A DNA stretch of 64,000 nucleotides from Candidatus Eiseniibacteriota bacterium (GTDB lineage Bacteria; Eisenbacteria; RBG-16-71-46; CAIMUX01; VGJL01), in assembly GCA_041946735.1 (NCBI GenBank), contig JBHGAY010000001.1, forward strand, positions 96,001 through 160,000, read 5' to 3'. The notes below the pieces were generated by a model. The model saw only the letters and a list, made by a program, of their open reading frames with translations. It searched no databases and was not told the DNA's origin. Positions 53,539 through 62,749 of the stretch are shown in pieces. Every line of letters starts with the position of its first letter. Position 1 is the first letter of the stretch. The translations under genes were made by a program, and so were the position numbers.

Positions 53539-53868
53539 TCAATCGTTCGTCCCGGGCGAGCTTGTACGTCCCCCCGTGGCTCCGCGGCCGGATCGATCCC
53601 CTCGGGCGACGATCCCCCAGGGAATGAGGACGATGTAGCCTCCGACCAGGAGCAGAGGGGCGAAGGTGATGTCTCCGAGCGCGAGAAGGACGAAGCCGAT
53701 CAGGATGGCCGCTCCGCCGGCTCCGAGCAGAAGGAAGTTCTTGCGCGACCAGTCGAGATGGCTCTCCTCGCCGGTCTCCGGCGCCGCGCGGCGCGGGGCC
53801 TCCGCCGGGGGCTTGCGAATCCCCCGTCCCGCCTGCGTCCCTGCCTTGCGACCCCTGCTCGTGGACAT
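53539..53868 (-). CDS. DUF3098-like small membrane protein
   Basis: RKNFLLLG.G...ILIGF.LL...APLLLVGGYIVLIPWGI, two TM helices. Confidence 0.7.
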   Translation of the reverse strand: MSTSRGRKAGTQAGRGIRKPPAEAPRRAAPETGEESHLDWSRKNFLLLGAGGAAILIGFVLLALGDITFAPLLLVGGYIVLIPWGIVARGDRSGRGATGGRTSSPGTND

Positions 53869-53955
53869 TGCCGTAGCTCCTTTCTTCCCTTCGTCTCCCG
53901 GCGGCCGCATCCGCGCCCCGATGCCCGGCGCGCGGGAGCGATCGTCGTCGCCGGG

Positions 53956-54873
53956 TCAGTCCCCGCTCGCTCCGGCCGGATCCCCCTTCGACAGGCGCTC
54001 GCAGGGAGCGCGGTCGCAGGAACTGCCGTCCCCCGCCCAGGTCCCTCCCTCGCGCACGCAGTCGCGCTGCTGGACCATCCGGCAGGAACCGTCGGGCAGG
54101 CAGCAGGCCGCGACGGGAGCGCGGATCGTGCAGATGCGCGAGGTGCAGAAAGAGCCTTCCCCGAGGAACTCCGCGCCCTGGTAATAGCCCGCCTGAGTCC
54201 GAGTGAGCATGACGCAGAGCGAATCCTGGACGCAGGTTGCGCCCATCTCCGGTCCGGGGAAGATCGGGGCCGGGGCGTTGCCCGGGCGGCCGAAGCCGAT
54301 CGCGCCGAAGCCTGCGAGCGAGGTCTCGACCGGCTCCGCCGTGCTGATCTTCCCGCCGAAGCGGGGATCGGGATGCGGGATCAGCTCCAGGGTCCCTTCC
54401 TTGGCCGCCTGCACGGCGAGCCATCCCAGCTCGACCACGCGCGAGGTGTCGGGATGGGTCGTGAAGCCTAGGAGGATCCCTTCGTCGCTCGCAGGCCAAT
54501 CGCTGGTCGGCAGCTCGAGGCATTCCCTGCAGCGTCCCGTGCGCAGGACTTTGACCCCTTCGCTATAGCGGATGCCGAAGCATGCGCCGGCCAGCTCGGG
54601 CTTCGCGCTGTCCGGGAAGGCGGCCAGGATGTAGACGACGCGCGGCTGCGAAGAGGGGGAGATCGTGACGATGGCCTGCTCGGGGGACGGGGTGGCGGAG
54701 AGGCCGGTGTACTTGCCAGCCGGGTCGTAGGGAATCTCCGGGGCGAGGGACAGATAGAGGACGGCGCCCGAATTGTCGCCGACCGCACGCGCCTGCTGCG
54801 CGAAACCCAGCCCGAGCACTCCGGCCGCGAACAGGACGGCCGCGCTCCAGCGCCGCGCTCGACCCCTCTTCAT
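53956..54873 (-). CDS. secreted Cys-rich repeat protein, divergent paralog D (no TWG tail)
   Basis: Signal; GDNSGAVL, VYILAAFP, GACFGIRY, ELPTSDWP align to paralogs A and C; ACCLPDGSC repeat; alternative start 54894. Confidence 0.75.
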   Translation of the reverse strand: MKRGRARRWSAAVLFAAGVLGLGFAQQARAVGDNSGAVLYLSLAPEIPYDPAGKYTGLSATPSPEQAIVTISPSSQPRVVYILAAFPDSAKPELAGACFGIRYSEGVKVLRTGRCRECLELPTSDWPASDEGILLGFTTHPDTSRVVELGWLAVQAAKEGTLELIPHPDPRFGGKISTAEPVETSLAGFGAIGFGRPGNAPAPIFPGPEMGATCVQDSLCVMLTRTQAGYYQGAEFLGEGSFCTSRICTIRAPVAACCLPDGSCRMVQQRDCVREGGTWAGDGSSCDRAPCERLSKGDPAGASGD

Positions 54874-54923
54874 CGCTCCATCCTCATTGCTCACTCCTCA
54901 TGGCTCATTCCTCATCGCTCACT
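54868..54923. repeat. 7-bp tandem repeat, 8 units
   Basis: cttcatc gctccat cctcatt gctcact cctcatg gctcatt cctcatc gctcact. Confidence 0.8.
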
Positions 54924-55941
54924 CACTCCTCCTGGCGGCGCGGATCTCGCGTCGCGCCCGCTCGTGTTCCGCCAGCGTCCTGGAGAAGTGGTGCTCTCCA
55001 TTCCCCTTGGCGACGAAGAACATCATCCGGCTCGTCGAATCGGGCCAGAGCACCGCGCGGATCGCATCCTCCCCGGGGTTGTCGATCGGGCCGGGTGGAA
55101 GCCCGGTCACGCGGTACGTGTTGTAGGGAGATGCGATGTCGAGATCCTCGATTCGCAGCGGCCCGGTCGAACGCTCGTGAGCATACAGGACGGTCGGATC
55201 GGCATCCAGCCGCCAGCCCAGGCGCAACCGGTTGTGGAAGACGGCCGCGATGCTCGGCATCTCGCTCGAGCGGGCCGCCTCCGCCTGGACGATCGAGGCG
55301 AGGATCAGGACCGAGTCGCGCGTCCAGCCGATGCGGCGGGCGCGCGCTTGCATCTCGGGTGTGAAGCGTTCCGTCCCTTCGCGCACGATCTTCTCGATCG
55401 CCTGGCGCGGGGAGTACTCCTTCGGGAACAGATAGGTCTCGGGGAAGAGGTAGCCCTCCAGGCGCGCGCGCGGCAGTCCGAGAGAGGAGCGCAGGAAGAG
55501 CGTGTCGCGCGCGACGGCGAGGACGGCGAGGGAGTCGACCTCGAGCGAGTCGGCCAGGAGATCGAGGATCTGTTTCTCCTTCCATCCTTCCGGGATCGTC
55601 ACGCGAGTGCGTTCGACGTCGCCCGAAGCGATCCGCAGGATCACCTGGCGGGGCGAGGCGCCTCGCGGGATCCGATAGCGGCCGGGAAGGACACGGCGGT
55701 CGAGCCCCTCGAAGCGCGCCCAGGCGCGGAGCAGAGCGGGAGCGCGCACCCATCCCGAGTCGGCGAGCGCGGCGGTGACGGTGCGCAGCGGGGACCCGGC
55801 CGCGACACGGACGATGCCGCCGCGGGAGAGGGCGCGGGGCGTCGGCCGATCGAGAGTCGAGCGGACGGCGAGGGCCGCCGCGAAGGCGAGAGTGATCGCG
55901 CCCCCTGCCGCCGCCGCGAGGAGCCACGTGCGGGGCCTCAT
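54919..55941 (-). CDS. mltG: endolytic transglycosylase MltG
   Basis: VTIPEG, LEGYLFPETY, LASIVQAE, FHNRL, DPTV.Y, SPYNTY...GLPPGPI.NPG. Confidence 0.93.
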   Translation of the reverse strand: MRPRTWLLAAAAGGAITLAFAAALAVRSTLDRPTPRALSRGGIVRVAAGSPLRTVTAALADSGWVRAPALLRAWARFEGLDRRVLPGRYRIPRGASPRQVILRIASGDVERTRVTIPEGWKEKQILDLLADSLEVDSLAVLAVARDTLFLRSSLGLPRARLEGYLFPETYLFPKEYSPRQAIEKIVREGTERFTPEMQARARRIGWTRDSVLILASIVQAEAARSSEMPSIAAVFHNRLRLGWRLDADPTVLYAHERSTGPLRIEDLDIASPYNTYRVTGLPPGPIDNPGEDAIRAVLWPDSTSRMMFFVAKGNGEHHFSRTLAEHERARREIRAARRSE

Positions 55942-55960
55942 GCGTGTCGCCGGGCGCCGG

Positions 55961-56410
55961 TCACGGCCGGCTCCTCGCCCGCTCGTCGAGGTAGGACTGC
56001 AGGAGCACCGCGGCGGCCGCGGCGTCGGTCTCCCCCTTCGCCCGAGAGGCCTTCCGGCGAGACCCGGGGGCAGCGGCGTCGAGCCGCCGCTGCGCTTCCC
56101 AGCTCGTCAATCCCTCGTCCCATAGGATGACCTCCCAGCCTCGCCGGCGCAGGCGCTCCGCGAGATCCTCGATCTCCGGGGAGAGATCGCCCGGCCGCCC
56201 GCTGGCGTGACGCGGATCGCCGAGAACGATGGCGGCAGCTCCGGCGGCTGCCGCCTTCTCGTGCACGCGGGCGGCAAGGTCCTCCAACCCGCGTGTCGTC
56301 ACGAACCCGGAAGGAGAAGCGAGGATCCCGTCCGGATCGCTGGTCGCGAAGCCGGTGCGGCGGCGGCCGTAGTCGACGCCCAGCAGGGGGGCGCGCGGGC
56401 GCGAGGACAC
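55961..56410 (-). CDS. ruvX: RuvX/YqgF pre-16S rRNA nuclease
   Basis: GVDYGRRRTGFA.SD, WDEGLTSWEA, D..AA.VLLQSYLD. Confidence 0.88.
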   Translation of the reverse strand: MSSRPRAPLLGVDYGRRRTGFATSDPDGILASPSGFVTTRGLEDLAARVHEKAAAAGAAAIVLGDPRHASGRPGDLSPEIEDLAERLRRRGWEVILWDEGLTSWEAQRRLDAAAPGSRRKASRAKGETDAAAAAVLLQSYLDERARSRP

Positions 56411-56413
56411 GAT

Positions 56414-56866
56414 CTAGCGGGGTGAGGAGCCGTTGCTCCGCTTGAGCTTCACGAGCTGCACCTTCGTCCCCTGCTGCGGGCGGATCTCGAACTCCACGCT
56501 GTCCATCAGCGCCCGCATGATGAAGATCCCGCGCCCGCAGCTCTTCAGGAGGTCTTCGGGACGGGTTGGATCCTTCGAGAGAACGGCGGAGACGTCGAAG
56601 CCCGGGCCGGAGTCGCGAACCGTGACGAGGAGGTGATCGGGGAACATGTCGAAGCGGAACTCGACCATCTTCGAGGGATCCTGCCGGTGGCCGTGCTGGA
56701 TGGCGTTCGTCCCCGCCTCGATCACCGACATCGCCACATCCCCCGCCTGGTCCTCGTCGAACTCCATCTGCTCGGTGATCCCCTGAACGAGGCGGTCGAG
56801 GACCGGGAGGAGCTCCAGACGGCTGGGAATCGAGAGGGTGATGATTTCGGATCCCGCTGGGTCCAT
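56414..56866 (-). CDS. anti-sigma factor / Ser kinase (RsbW-like)
   Basis: EAGTNAIQHG, VRDSGPGFD, GRGIFIM..LMD.V. Confidence 0.88.
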   Translation of the reverse strand: MDPAGSEIITLSIPSRLELLPVLDRLVQGITEQMEFDEDQAGDVAMSVIEAGTNAIQHGHRQDPSKMVEFRFDMFPDHLLVTVRDSGPGFDVSAVLSKDPTRPEDLLKSCGRGIFIMRALMDSVEFEIRPQQGTKVQLVKLKRSNGSSPR

Positions 56867-56909
56867 CTAGACCGTTCTCCCCTTGCCCGCGCTCACCGCC
56901 GGCCTCACT

Positions 56910-57266
56910 TCACGTTCCGGAGATCGGCGAGGCCGAGACGCCCGGGGGCGGCCCGTCGCCCGGCTGGATCTCGAAGACGGTGTTCAGACGGGTGACCGAG
57001 AGGATCGCTTCGATCCTCTTCGAGACGTGGAAGAACTTCAGATGCCCCCCCGCCTTGCGAAGCGCCAAGTGCGCCGCGATCAGGATGCCGAGCCCGGCGG
57101 AGTTGACCCAGGGCACCTCGCCCATGTCGATGTGGATCTCGCGCACGCCGCGATCGATCGCGCTCAGGATCGCCTCGCGCAACCCCTCCGCCTCGAGCCC
57201 TCCCATGAGCTGGCCGCTCAAATGGAAGGCGACCACCCCGTCGCGCGTCTCCTGAGAGAACCTCAT
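56910..57266 (-). CDS. STAS-domain anti-anti-sigma factor
   Basis: IDMGEVPWVNSAGLGILI, ILSVTRL.TVF. Confidence 0.88.
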   Translation of the reverse strand: MRFSQETRDGVVAFHLSGQLMGGLEAEGLREAILSAIDRGVREIHIDMGEVPWVNSAGLGILIAAHLALRKAGGHLKFFHVSKRIEAILSVTRLNTVFEIQPGDGPPPGVSASPISGT

Positions 57267-58267
57267 CCGCCTTCCCCGATCGCCCCCGTGGATTCCCGGG
57301 ACAGGTCCTGCAACAGCTCCTCCAGGTCGTCCGGAAGAGGGGATTCGAAGATCCAACGACGATCGTTCCCTGGGTGCCGGACCGTCAGATGATAGGCATG
57401 CAGCGCCTGGCGGTTCAAGCGGCGCAACCTGCGCGCCCAGGCCGGACGCTCGGCCGGAGAGAGGCGCGAGAGGAACGAGCCGGCTCCCCCGTAGGAGGGA
57501 TCCCCGAACACCGGGAAGCCGGCGTGCTCCATGTGGACGCGGATCTGATGCGTGCGACCGGTGTCGAGAGCGATCTCGAGCAGGCTCGCCGCCGCGCCGA
57601 AGGAGCGGAGCAGGCGGTAGCGGGTGCGGGCGGGCCGGCCTCCGCGCGGGACGACCGCCATCTTCGTGCGCGCCCGCGGGTCGCGTCCGATCGGCGCCTC
57701 GATCGAACCGTCCTTCGCTTCGGGAATTCCCCAGACCAGCGCGACGTAGCGACGCTGCGCCTCGCGCCGCGAGATCTGCTGCTGCAGGGAGAGATAGGCG
57801 CGGTCGGTGCGGGCGATGACGAGAAGCCCGCTGGTGTCGCGATCGAGTCGATGGACGATTCCCGGCCTCTCCGGGGAGCCGGGCCAACGGTGATCCGGCT
57901 CGCGGTAGATCAGTCCCTGGACGAGGGTCGGCTGCCGCCGTCCCGCTCCCGGATGCACGGAGATTCCCGGCTGCTTGGAGACGACCATCATCTCGTCGTC
58001 CTCGTGCACGACGTGCACCGGCACCGGGGCGGGCTCGAGGACCGGCTCCATCGCTTCGGGCACGTCGAGGACGATGGTCCATCCCTCCTTCAGGAGCAGC
58101 GACGCCTTCGGCTCGGGAGCCGCGCCTTCGGACGGATCGATGCGTGCGCGGCCCTCCTCGAGCCAGCGCTGAATGCGGCTGCGCGAGACTCCGGCGAGGC
58201 GGGAGGCGAGGAAGCGATCGATCCTCTCGCCCGCGGCTTCCGGCGGGACGGGGATCGAGAGAGGCAT
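57263..58267 (-). CDS. rluD: RluA-family pseudouridine synthase with S4 domain
   Basis: RIDRFL...SRSRIQ, GIVHRLDRDTSG, TGRTHQIRVH, RQALHA. Confidence 0.88.
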   Translation of the reverse strand: MPLSIPVPPEAAGERIDRFLASRLAGVSRSRIQRWLEEGRARIDPSEGAAPEPKASLLLKEGWTIVLDVPEAMEPVLEPAPVPVHVVHEDDEMMVVSKQPGISVHPGAGRRQPTLVQGLIYREPDHRWPGSPERPGIVHRLDRDTSGLLVIARTDRAYLSLQQQISRREAQRRYVALVWGIPEAKDGSIEAPIGRDPRARTKMAVVPRGGRPARTRYRLLRSFGAAASLLEIALDTGRTHQIRVHMEHAGFPVFGDPSYGGAGSFLSRLSPAERPAWARRLRRLNRQALHAYHLTVRHPGNDRRWIFESPLPDDLEELLQDLSRESTGAIGEGG

Positions 58268-58836
58268 CAGGCGGGGCCCGTCCCTTCGCCGGGGGTGCCG
58301 ATCTGCATCGCGTCCCCGCGCTCGTGCGGCTCGGATGCCGGGCCGGCGCCGGCGGGCTTCGCAGGAGGGTCGGACGCGCTGTCGTAGGAAGGTCCCGCCA
58401 GCATCTTCCCCGCGAGGATGAGGACGCCGAGGGTCACGCCGATGTCGGCGACGTTGAAGGTCGGCCAGCGGTGGCGGCCGAGGCCGACGTCGATCCAGTC
58501 GGTGACCGCGCCGTAGAGGATGCGGTCGACGAGATTGCCGAGCGCGCCGCCGAGGATCATCCCGAGGGCGATCGCGTAGCCGCGCACCCGATAGCGCGGG
58601 GAGCGCGCGAGCATCAGGATCAGCGCGAGCGAGACCAAGCTGAAGCCGATGAAGAAGAAGCGGCCTCCCTGGAAGAGCCCGAACGCCGATCCCTGGTTCT
58701 GCACGTACGTCCAGCGGAGGAGATCGCCGAGCACCCGGACCGAGATGCCATGGACCGGGAGCGACTGCGTCACGATCCACTTCGTGACGAGGTCGAGGAA
58801 CAGGACGATCGAGGCGACGAGGTAGATACGGCGCAA
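58267..58836 (-). CDS. lspA: lipoprotein signal peptidase II
   Basis: DLVTK, NQGSAFG, GGALGNLVDR, VTDWID, FNVAD; TTG start after GGGAG. Confidence 0.93.
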   Translation of the reverse strand: MRRIYLVASIVLFLDLVTKWIVTQSLPVHGISVRVLGDLLRWTYVQNQGSAFGLFQGGRFFFIGFSLVSLALILMLARSPRYRVRGYAIALGMILGGALGNLVDRILYGAVTDWIDVGLGRHRWPTFNVADIGVTLGVLILAGKMLAGPSYDSASDPPAKPAGAGPASEPHERGDAMQIGTPGEGTGPA

Positions 58837-58850
58837 AGAGAACTCCCTGC

Positions 58851-59228
58851 CTAGAGGGGCAGCTTCTCGGCTCGTTCCTGGCACTTCAGGCAGAGCCGCA
58901 CCTGCGGGAGCACCTCGAGCCGCTTCTTGCCGATCTCCTTCCCGCACGACTCACAGGTGCCGTACGTGCCGTCCTCCAGACGGGCGATCGCCGCGTCGAT
59001 CTCGCGCAGCTGCCGCCCTTCGGCCGAGGCGATGTAGAGGTCCTTCTCGCGGTCGATCGCGTCGGTGCCGAGATCGGCTGGATGGATCGAATAGGCGGAG
59101 AGATCCCCCGCGGAATCACGTTGGGTCCGCTTCAGGACGGAGTTCTCGAGCTTGTCGAGCGTCTGGGCGAGATTCTCCCGCTCCTCGCGCAGCTTCTTCT
59201 CGAAGTACTTCAGGTCCTTCTTGTTCAA
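58851..59228 (-). CDS. TraR/DksA C4 zinc-finger protein
   Basis: HPADLGTD, GTYGTCESCGKEI..RLEVLP...LCLKC. Confidence 0.9.
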   Translation of the reverse strand: MNKKDLKYFEKKLREERENLAQTLDKLENSVLKRTQRDSAGDLSAYSIHPADLGTDAIDREKDLYIASAEGRQLREIDAAIARLEDGTYGTCESCGKEIGKKRLEVLPQVRLCLKCQERAEKLPL

Positions 59229-59289
59229 GAACTCCTCCTGCCGGACCGCGTGACGCGGACGACTGGATGGCGCCTGTGCCGCAGGATAC

Positions 59290-60162
59290 CTACGCCGGGC
59301 TCGGCCCCTCCTCCGGGAGCCGCTCGAGCAATCCGGTGATCAGCCGGGAAACCTGAGGCGCTGCGCTCGCGGCCGCCGCGAGGATCTTCGAAACGTCGGC
59401 CGGCTCGAGCGCATCCGGCAAGCATAGATCGGTGACGACGCTGAGCGCAGCAACCTTCATACCGCCGTGCACCGCGACCAGGTTCTCCGGCACGATCGAC
59501 ATGCCGACAACGTCCGCTCCGCACCATCGCAGGAAGCGGTACTCGGCCCTCGTCTCGAGATTCGGGCCGGCAACCGCGATGAGCACCCCGGTCGACAGAG
59601 GGATTGCCTGCTCGAGGGCGATCTGCTGGAGGGTTCGACGAAGGCCACGGTCGTACGGCTCCGACATGTCCGGGAAGCGTGGGCCGAGCGATTCGTCGTT
59701 GGGGCCGATGAGAGGATTGTCCCCCATCAAATTGATGTGATCGGCGACGAGGACGATCTCCCCAAGGGAATAGAGCGGGTTCATTCCGCCGACGGCGCCG
59801 GAGATCACGAGGGTGCTCGCCCCCAGGCCGCGCAGGACGCGGATCGGGAACGTCACCTCCTGCATCGAGAACCCTTCGTAGTAGTGGATCCGCCCGCGCA
59901 TGAAGGCGACCGGGACCTCGCCGAGCCGGCCGAGGACCAGCTCGTTCGCATGGCTCTCTACTTCGGAGCAGGGGAAGTGGGGGATCTTCTCGTAGGGCAC
60001 CACCGTTTCGGCGTCGAAACCGCTCGGGAGCGAGCCAAGGCCGGTGCCGAGGACCACGCCGGCGCGAGGGACGAGGCCCGTTTGGCGGCGAAGATAGGCG
60101 ACCGCCTCTCGGATCCGTTCCCCCTCCCCTGCCCGGCCGCTGTTCGCGGCGCCTGACGCCAT
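59290..60162 (-). CDS. punA: purine-nucleoside phosphorylase (trimeric type)
   Basis: VLGTGLG, GRIHYYEG, DHIN, RFPDMSEPYD, GPNLETRAE, VGMS.VPE. Confidence 0.9.
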   Translation of the reverse strand: MASGAANSGRAGEGERIREAVAYLRRQTGLVPRAGVVLGTGLGSLPSGFDAETVVPYEKIPHFPCSEVESHANELVLGRLGEVPVAFMRGRIHYYEGFSMQEVTFPIRVLRGLGASTLVISGAVGGMNPLYSLGEIVLVADHINLMGDNPLIGPNDESLGPRFPDMSEPYDRGLRRTLQQIALEQAIPLSTGVLIAVAGPNLETRAEYRFLRWCGADVVGMSIVPENLVAVHGGMKVAALSVVTDLCLPDALEPADVSKILAAAASAAPQVSRLITGLLERLPEEGPSPA

Positions 60163-60179
60163 CCCGCCTCCTCCTTCGT

Positions 60180-60250
60180 CGGTCGTCGTTTCTCGGTCGT
60201 CTGTCCTACCGGCCGTCTGTCCTATCGGTCGTCGATCCTATCGGTCGTCG
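60180..60250. repeat. about 16-bp intergenic tandem repeat, about 4.5 units
   Basis: cggtcgtcgtttct / cggtcgtctgtcctac / cggccgtctgtcctat / cggtcgtcgatcctat / cggtcgtcg. Confidence 0.8.
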
Positions 60251-60331
60251 CTCTCCGTACGTCCGCCGCGCGCCAGCGCCCTGGTTCTGCTGCCGGCGAT
60301 CGCCTTTCGTTCGTCCATCCGGCTCCGTCTC

Positions 60332-61363
60332 TCAAGGACGAGGATGCTCGTCCTCCTCGGCGGAAAGCTCGAAGAACCCCTCCGCGCGCTCCGAGTCGTC
60401 CTCGTCGTAGGGCAGGGGCGCGGGCGCGGGGGCGCGCGGCGCCGGAGCCGGAGCCGCCGGCGCGGGGGCGGGGACCTGCCCGGGCGCCGGAGCGGCGCCC
60501 CGGGCGGCGCGGTTGGCATCCGGCGGCGGGACGATGCGCGGGTCGGGGCGCGTATCGCGCGACAGCCCGCGGCCGCTCGGTCCCACCGTCCCGGCCGGCG
60601 AAGCGGACGGACGCGATGGGTAGCCCTCACGGCTCGGGGGAACCGGAGCGGCACCGCCGCGAGACGATGGCGCCCGCTCGGCGCCTCCGTTCTCGTAGAC
60701 ATTGCCGCCGGGATGCGCGGGAGCCGAAGCAGCGGACGCCGACGCGGCCGGCGCGCCTGGACCGGAGGCCGCGGAGGCGGCTGCGCCGGGGGCGGCGGAG
60801 ACGCCCGAGGTGCCCGGCGCGACTCCCGGTGACGGGACGGCGGGCCGCGGCTCGCCTCGCCGCGCCCGCGCGGAGAGCATCGATGCCTCTTCCGCGAGCC
60901 TGTCGACCCCTTCGAGGTACTCGTCGCCACGTCCGAGGAGGTCGAGCTGGGCCTCGAGGAAGCTGCGCATGTGCTGCGCGTAGGCGTCCTTCTTCGCCTG
61001 GAGCTGGCGGATCTCCTCGGTCAACCGGCTCAACCTCTCGCGCGCATCGTCGAGCATCTGCTTCGCGCGCCATTCGGCTTCCTGGATCAGGAGTCCCGCC
61101 TCTCGCTTGGAGGACTCGCGCGCCTCGGCGGTCAGACGCTCCGCGGTGAGAAGCGAGCTGCGCAAGGTGGCGTCCATCTCGCGGTACTCCTCGAGGCGGT
61201 CCTCCGCGTGACGCAGGCGGTCGGCGAGGTTCCCGTTCTCCTGGAGCAGGCTCTCGTACTCGATCGCCACGAGATCGAGAAAGGTGCGGACCTCCTCGCT
61301 GTCGGCGCCGCGGAACACCGTCCGGAAGGTCTGATTGCGAATATCGAGGGGAGATATCTTCAA
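60332..61363 (-). CDS. DivIVA-domain protein with Pro/Ala-rich tail
   Basis: ISPLDIRNQTF...FRG.D.EEV..FL, coiled coil; TTG start after GGAGG. Confidence 0.88.
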   Translation of the reverse strand: MKISPLDIRNQTFRTVFRGADSEEVRTFLDLVAIEYESLLQENGNLADRLRHAEDRLEEYREMDATLRSSLLTAERLTAEARESSKREAGLLIQEAEWRAKQMLDDARERLSRLTEEIRQLQAKKDAYAQHMRSFLEAQLDLLGRGDEYLEGVDRLAEEASMLSARARRGEPRPAVPSPGVAPGTSGVSAAPGAAASAASGPGAPAASASAASAPAHPGGNVYENGGAERAPSSRGGAAPVPPSREGYPSRPSASPAGTVGPSGRGLSRDTRPDPRIVPPPDANRAARGAAPAPGQVPAPAPAAPAPAPRAPAPAPLPYDEDDSERAEGFFELSAEEDEHPRP

Positions 61364-61720
61364 GGTCGCCGTCCTCCCTTCCCCTTTCGGCCCCATTCTC
61401 AGGGGCATGCGGCGCGGAGGCGGCCGTCGTCACGCCTTCGCGGCTCTCGCTCCCCGTGTCCGTCCCCGGGGCGCCGACGGCGCAGCGGGTGGCGGTTTCC
61501 CGAAGGGCGATACTATAGGAAGCGCTTCCGGAGGGGGCAAGGGCAAAATGGGCGATCCTTCCGCACCTCGTAATGCTTCCCGTATACTGCGCGGACCGAA
61601 TCTCGCCCGATCGGGACCGATCGGTCCTTGCGGGCGACCGGCCGCGCCTCCTTCGCCCGCGATCCACCGCGGCGGGCGGCGGACCCCGGCTCGCCGGACA
61701 CAGGAAGGGACGAAGACCGC

Positions 61721-62743
61721 ATGACCGACGGAAGCAGGCAGATCGGGATCACGTTCAGCCAGCACGTGGCGGAGCGGCAGAAGCGGCACCCCGAGGCGAC
61801 CGGCGCTTTCACCGCCTTGCTGCAGGAGATCATGGTCGCCGCCAAGATCATCTCGCGCGAGGTGCGGAAGGCGGGACTTGTCGACGTCCTGGGCCTGACC
61901 GGGCGCACGAACGTGCAGGGAGAGGCGGTGCAGATCCTCGACGAGTTCGCCAACGAGACGCTGATCCGCAACGTCTGCCATACCGGGCACCTCTGCGTGA
62001 TGTCGTCGGAGGAGAACGAGGACCCGATTCCGATCCCGAGCCAGTACCCGACCGGCCCGTACGCGATGACGTTCGATCCGCTCGACGGGTCGAGCAACAT
62101 CGACGGCAACGTCTCGATCGGGACGATCTTCTCGATCCATCGCAAGAGATCCCGGGGACGGGACGGAACGCTCGCCGACCTGCTCCAACCGGGGCGCGAC
62201 CAGGTGGCGGCCGGCTACATCGTTTATGGGACCTCGACGATCCTCGTCTACTCGACCGGCCAGGACGTCCACGGCTTCACGCTCGATCCATCGGTGGGAG
62301 AGTTCCTGCTCTCCCATCCGTCGATCCGGATCCCGGAGAGCGGGAGGATCTACAGCGTCAACGAGGGACGCTCGGCAGCCTGGGACGAGACGACGCGGCG
62401 CATCGTGGACGGGCTCAAGTCGGGGGACAACCCGCGCGGCGCGCCCTACTCGACGCGCTACATCGGATCGCTGGTGGCGGACTTCCATCGGAACCTGCTC
62501 TACGGCGGCGTCTTCCTCTATCCCGCCGACCGCGAGCATCCGAAGGGGAAGCTGCGGCTGCTCTCCGAAGTGGCCCCGATCGCGTTCCTCGCGGAGGCGG
62601 CCGGCGGGCGCGCAACGACAGGGCGCGAGAGGGTGCTCGACGTCATCCCGGCGGAGCTGCACGAGCGGGTGCCGCTGATCGTGGGGAGCCCGCGCGAGGT
62701 CGCCTGGGCGGAATCGTTCTACCGGAACGCGCGCTCCGGCTGA
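61721..62743 (+). CDS. fbp: fructose-1,6-bisphosphatase class 1
   Basis: [43 protein letters not shown]. Confidence 0.95.
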   Translation: MTDGSRQIGITFSQHVAERQKRHPEATGAFTALLQEIMVAAKIISREVRKAGLVDVLGLTGRTNVQGEAVQILDEFANETLIRNVCHTGHLCVMSSEENEDPIPIPSQYPTGPYAMTFDPLDGSSNIDGNVSIGTIFSIHRKRSRGRDGTLADLLQPGRDQVAAGYIVYGTSTILVYSTGQDVHGFTLDPSVGEFLLSHPSIRIPESGRIYSVNEGRSAAWDETTRRIVDGLKSGDNPRGAPYSTRYIGSLVADFHRNLLYGGVFLYPADREHPKGKLRLLSEVAPIAFLAEAAGGRATTGRERVLDVIPAELHERVPLIVGSPREVAWAESFYRNARSG

Positions 62744-62749
62744 GAGGGC

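Noticed and set aside
49291..54873. Cys-rich proteins as multiheme cytochromes, ferredoxins or RiPP precursors
   Set aside because: No CxxCH or CxxCxxC motifs and no modifying enzymes nearby; Sec-type signals and paired Cys loss point to disulfides.
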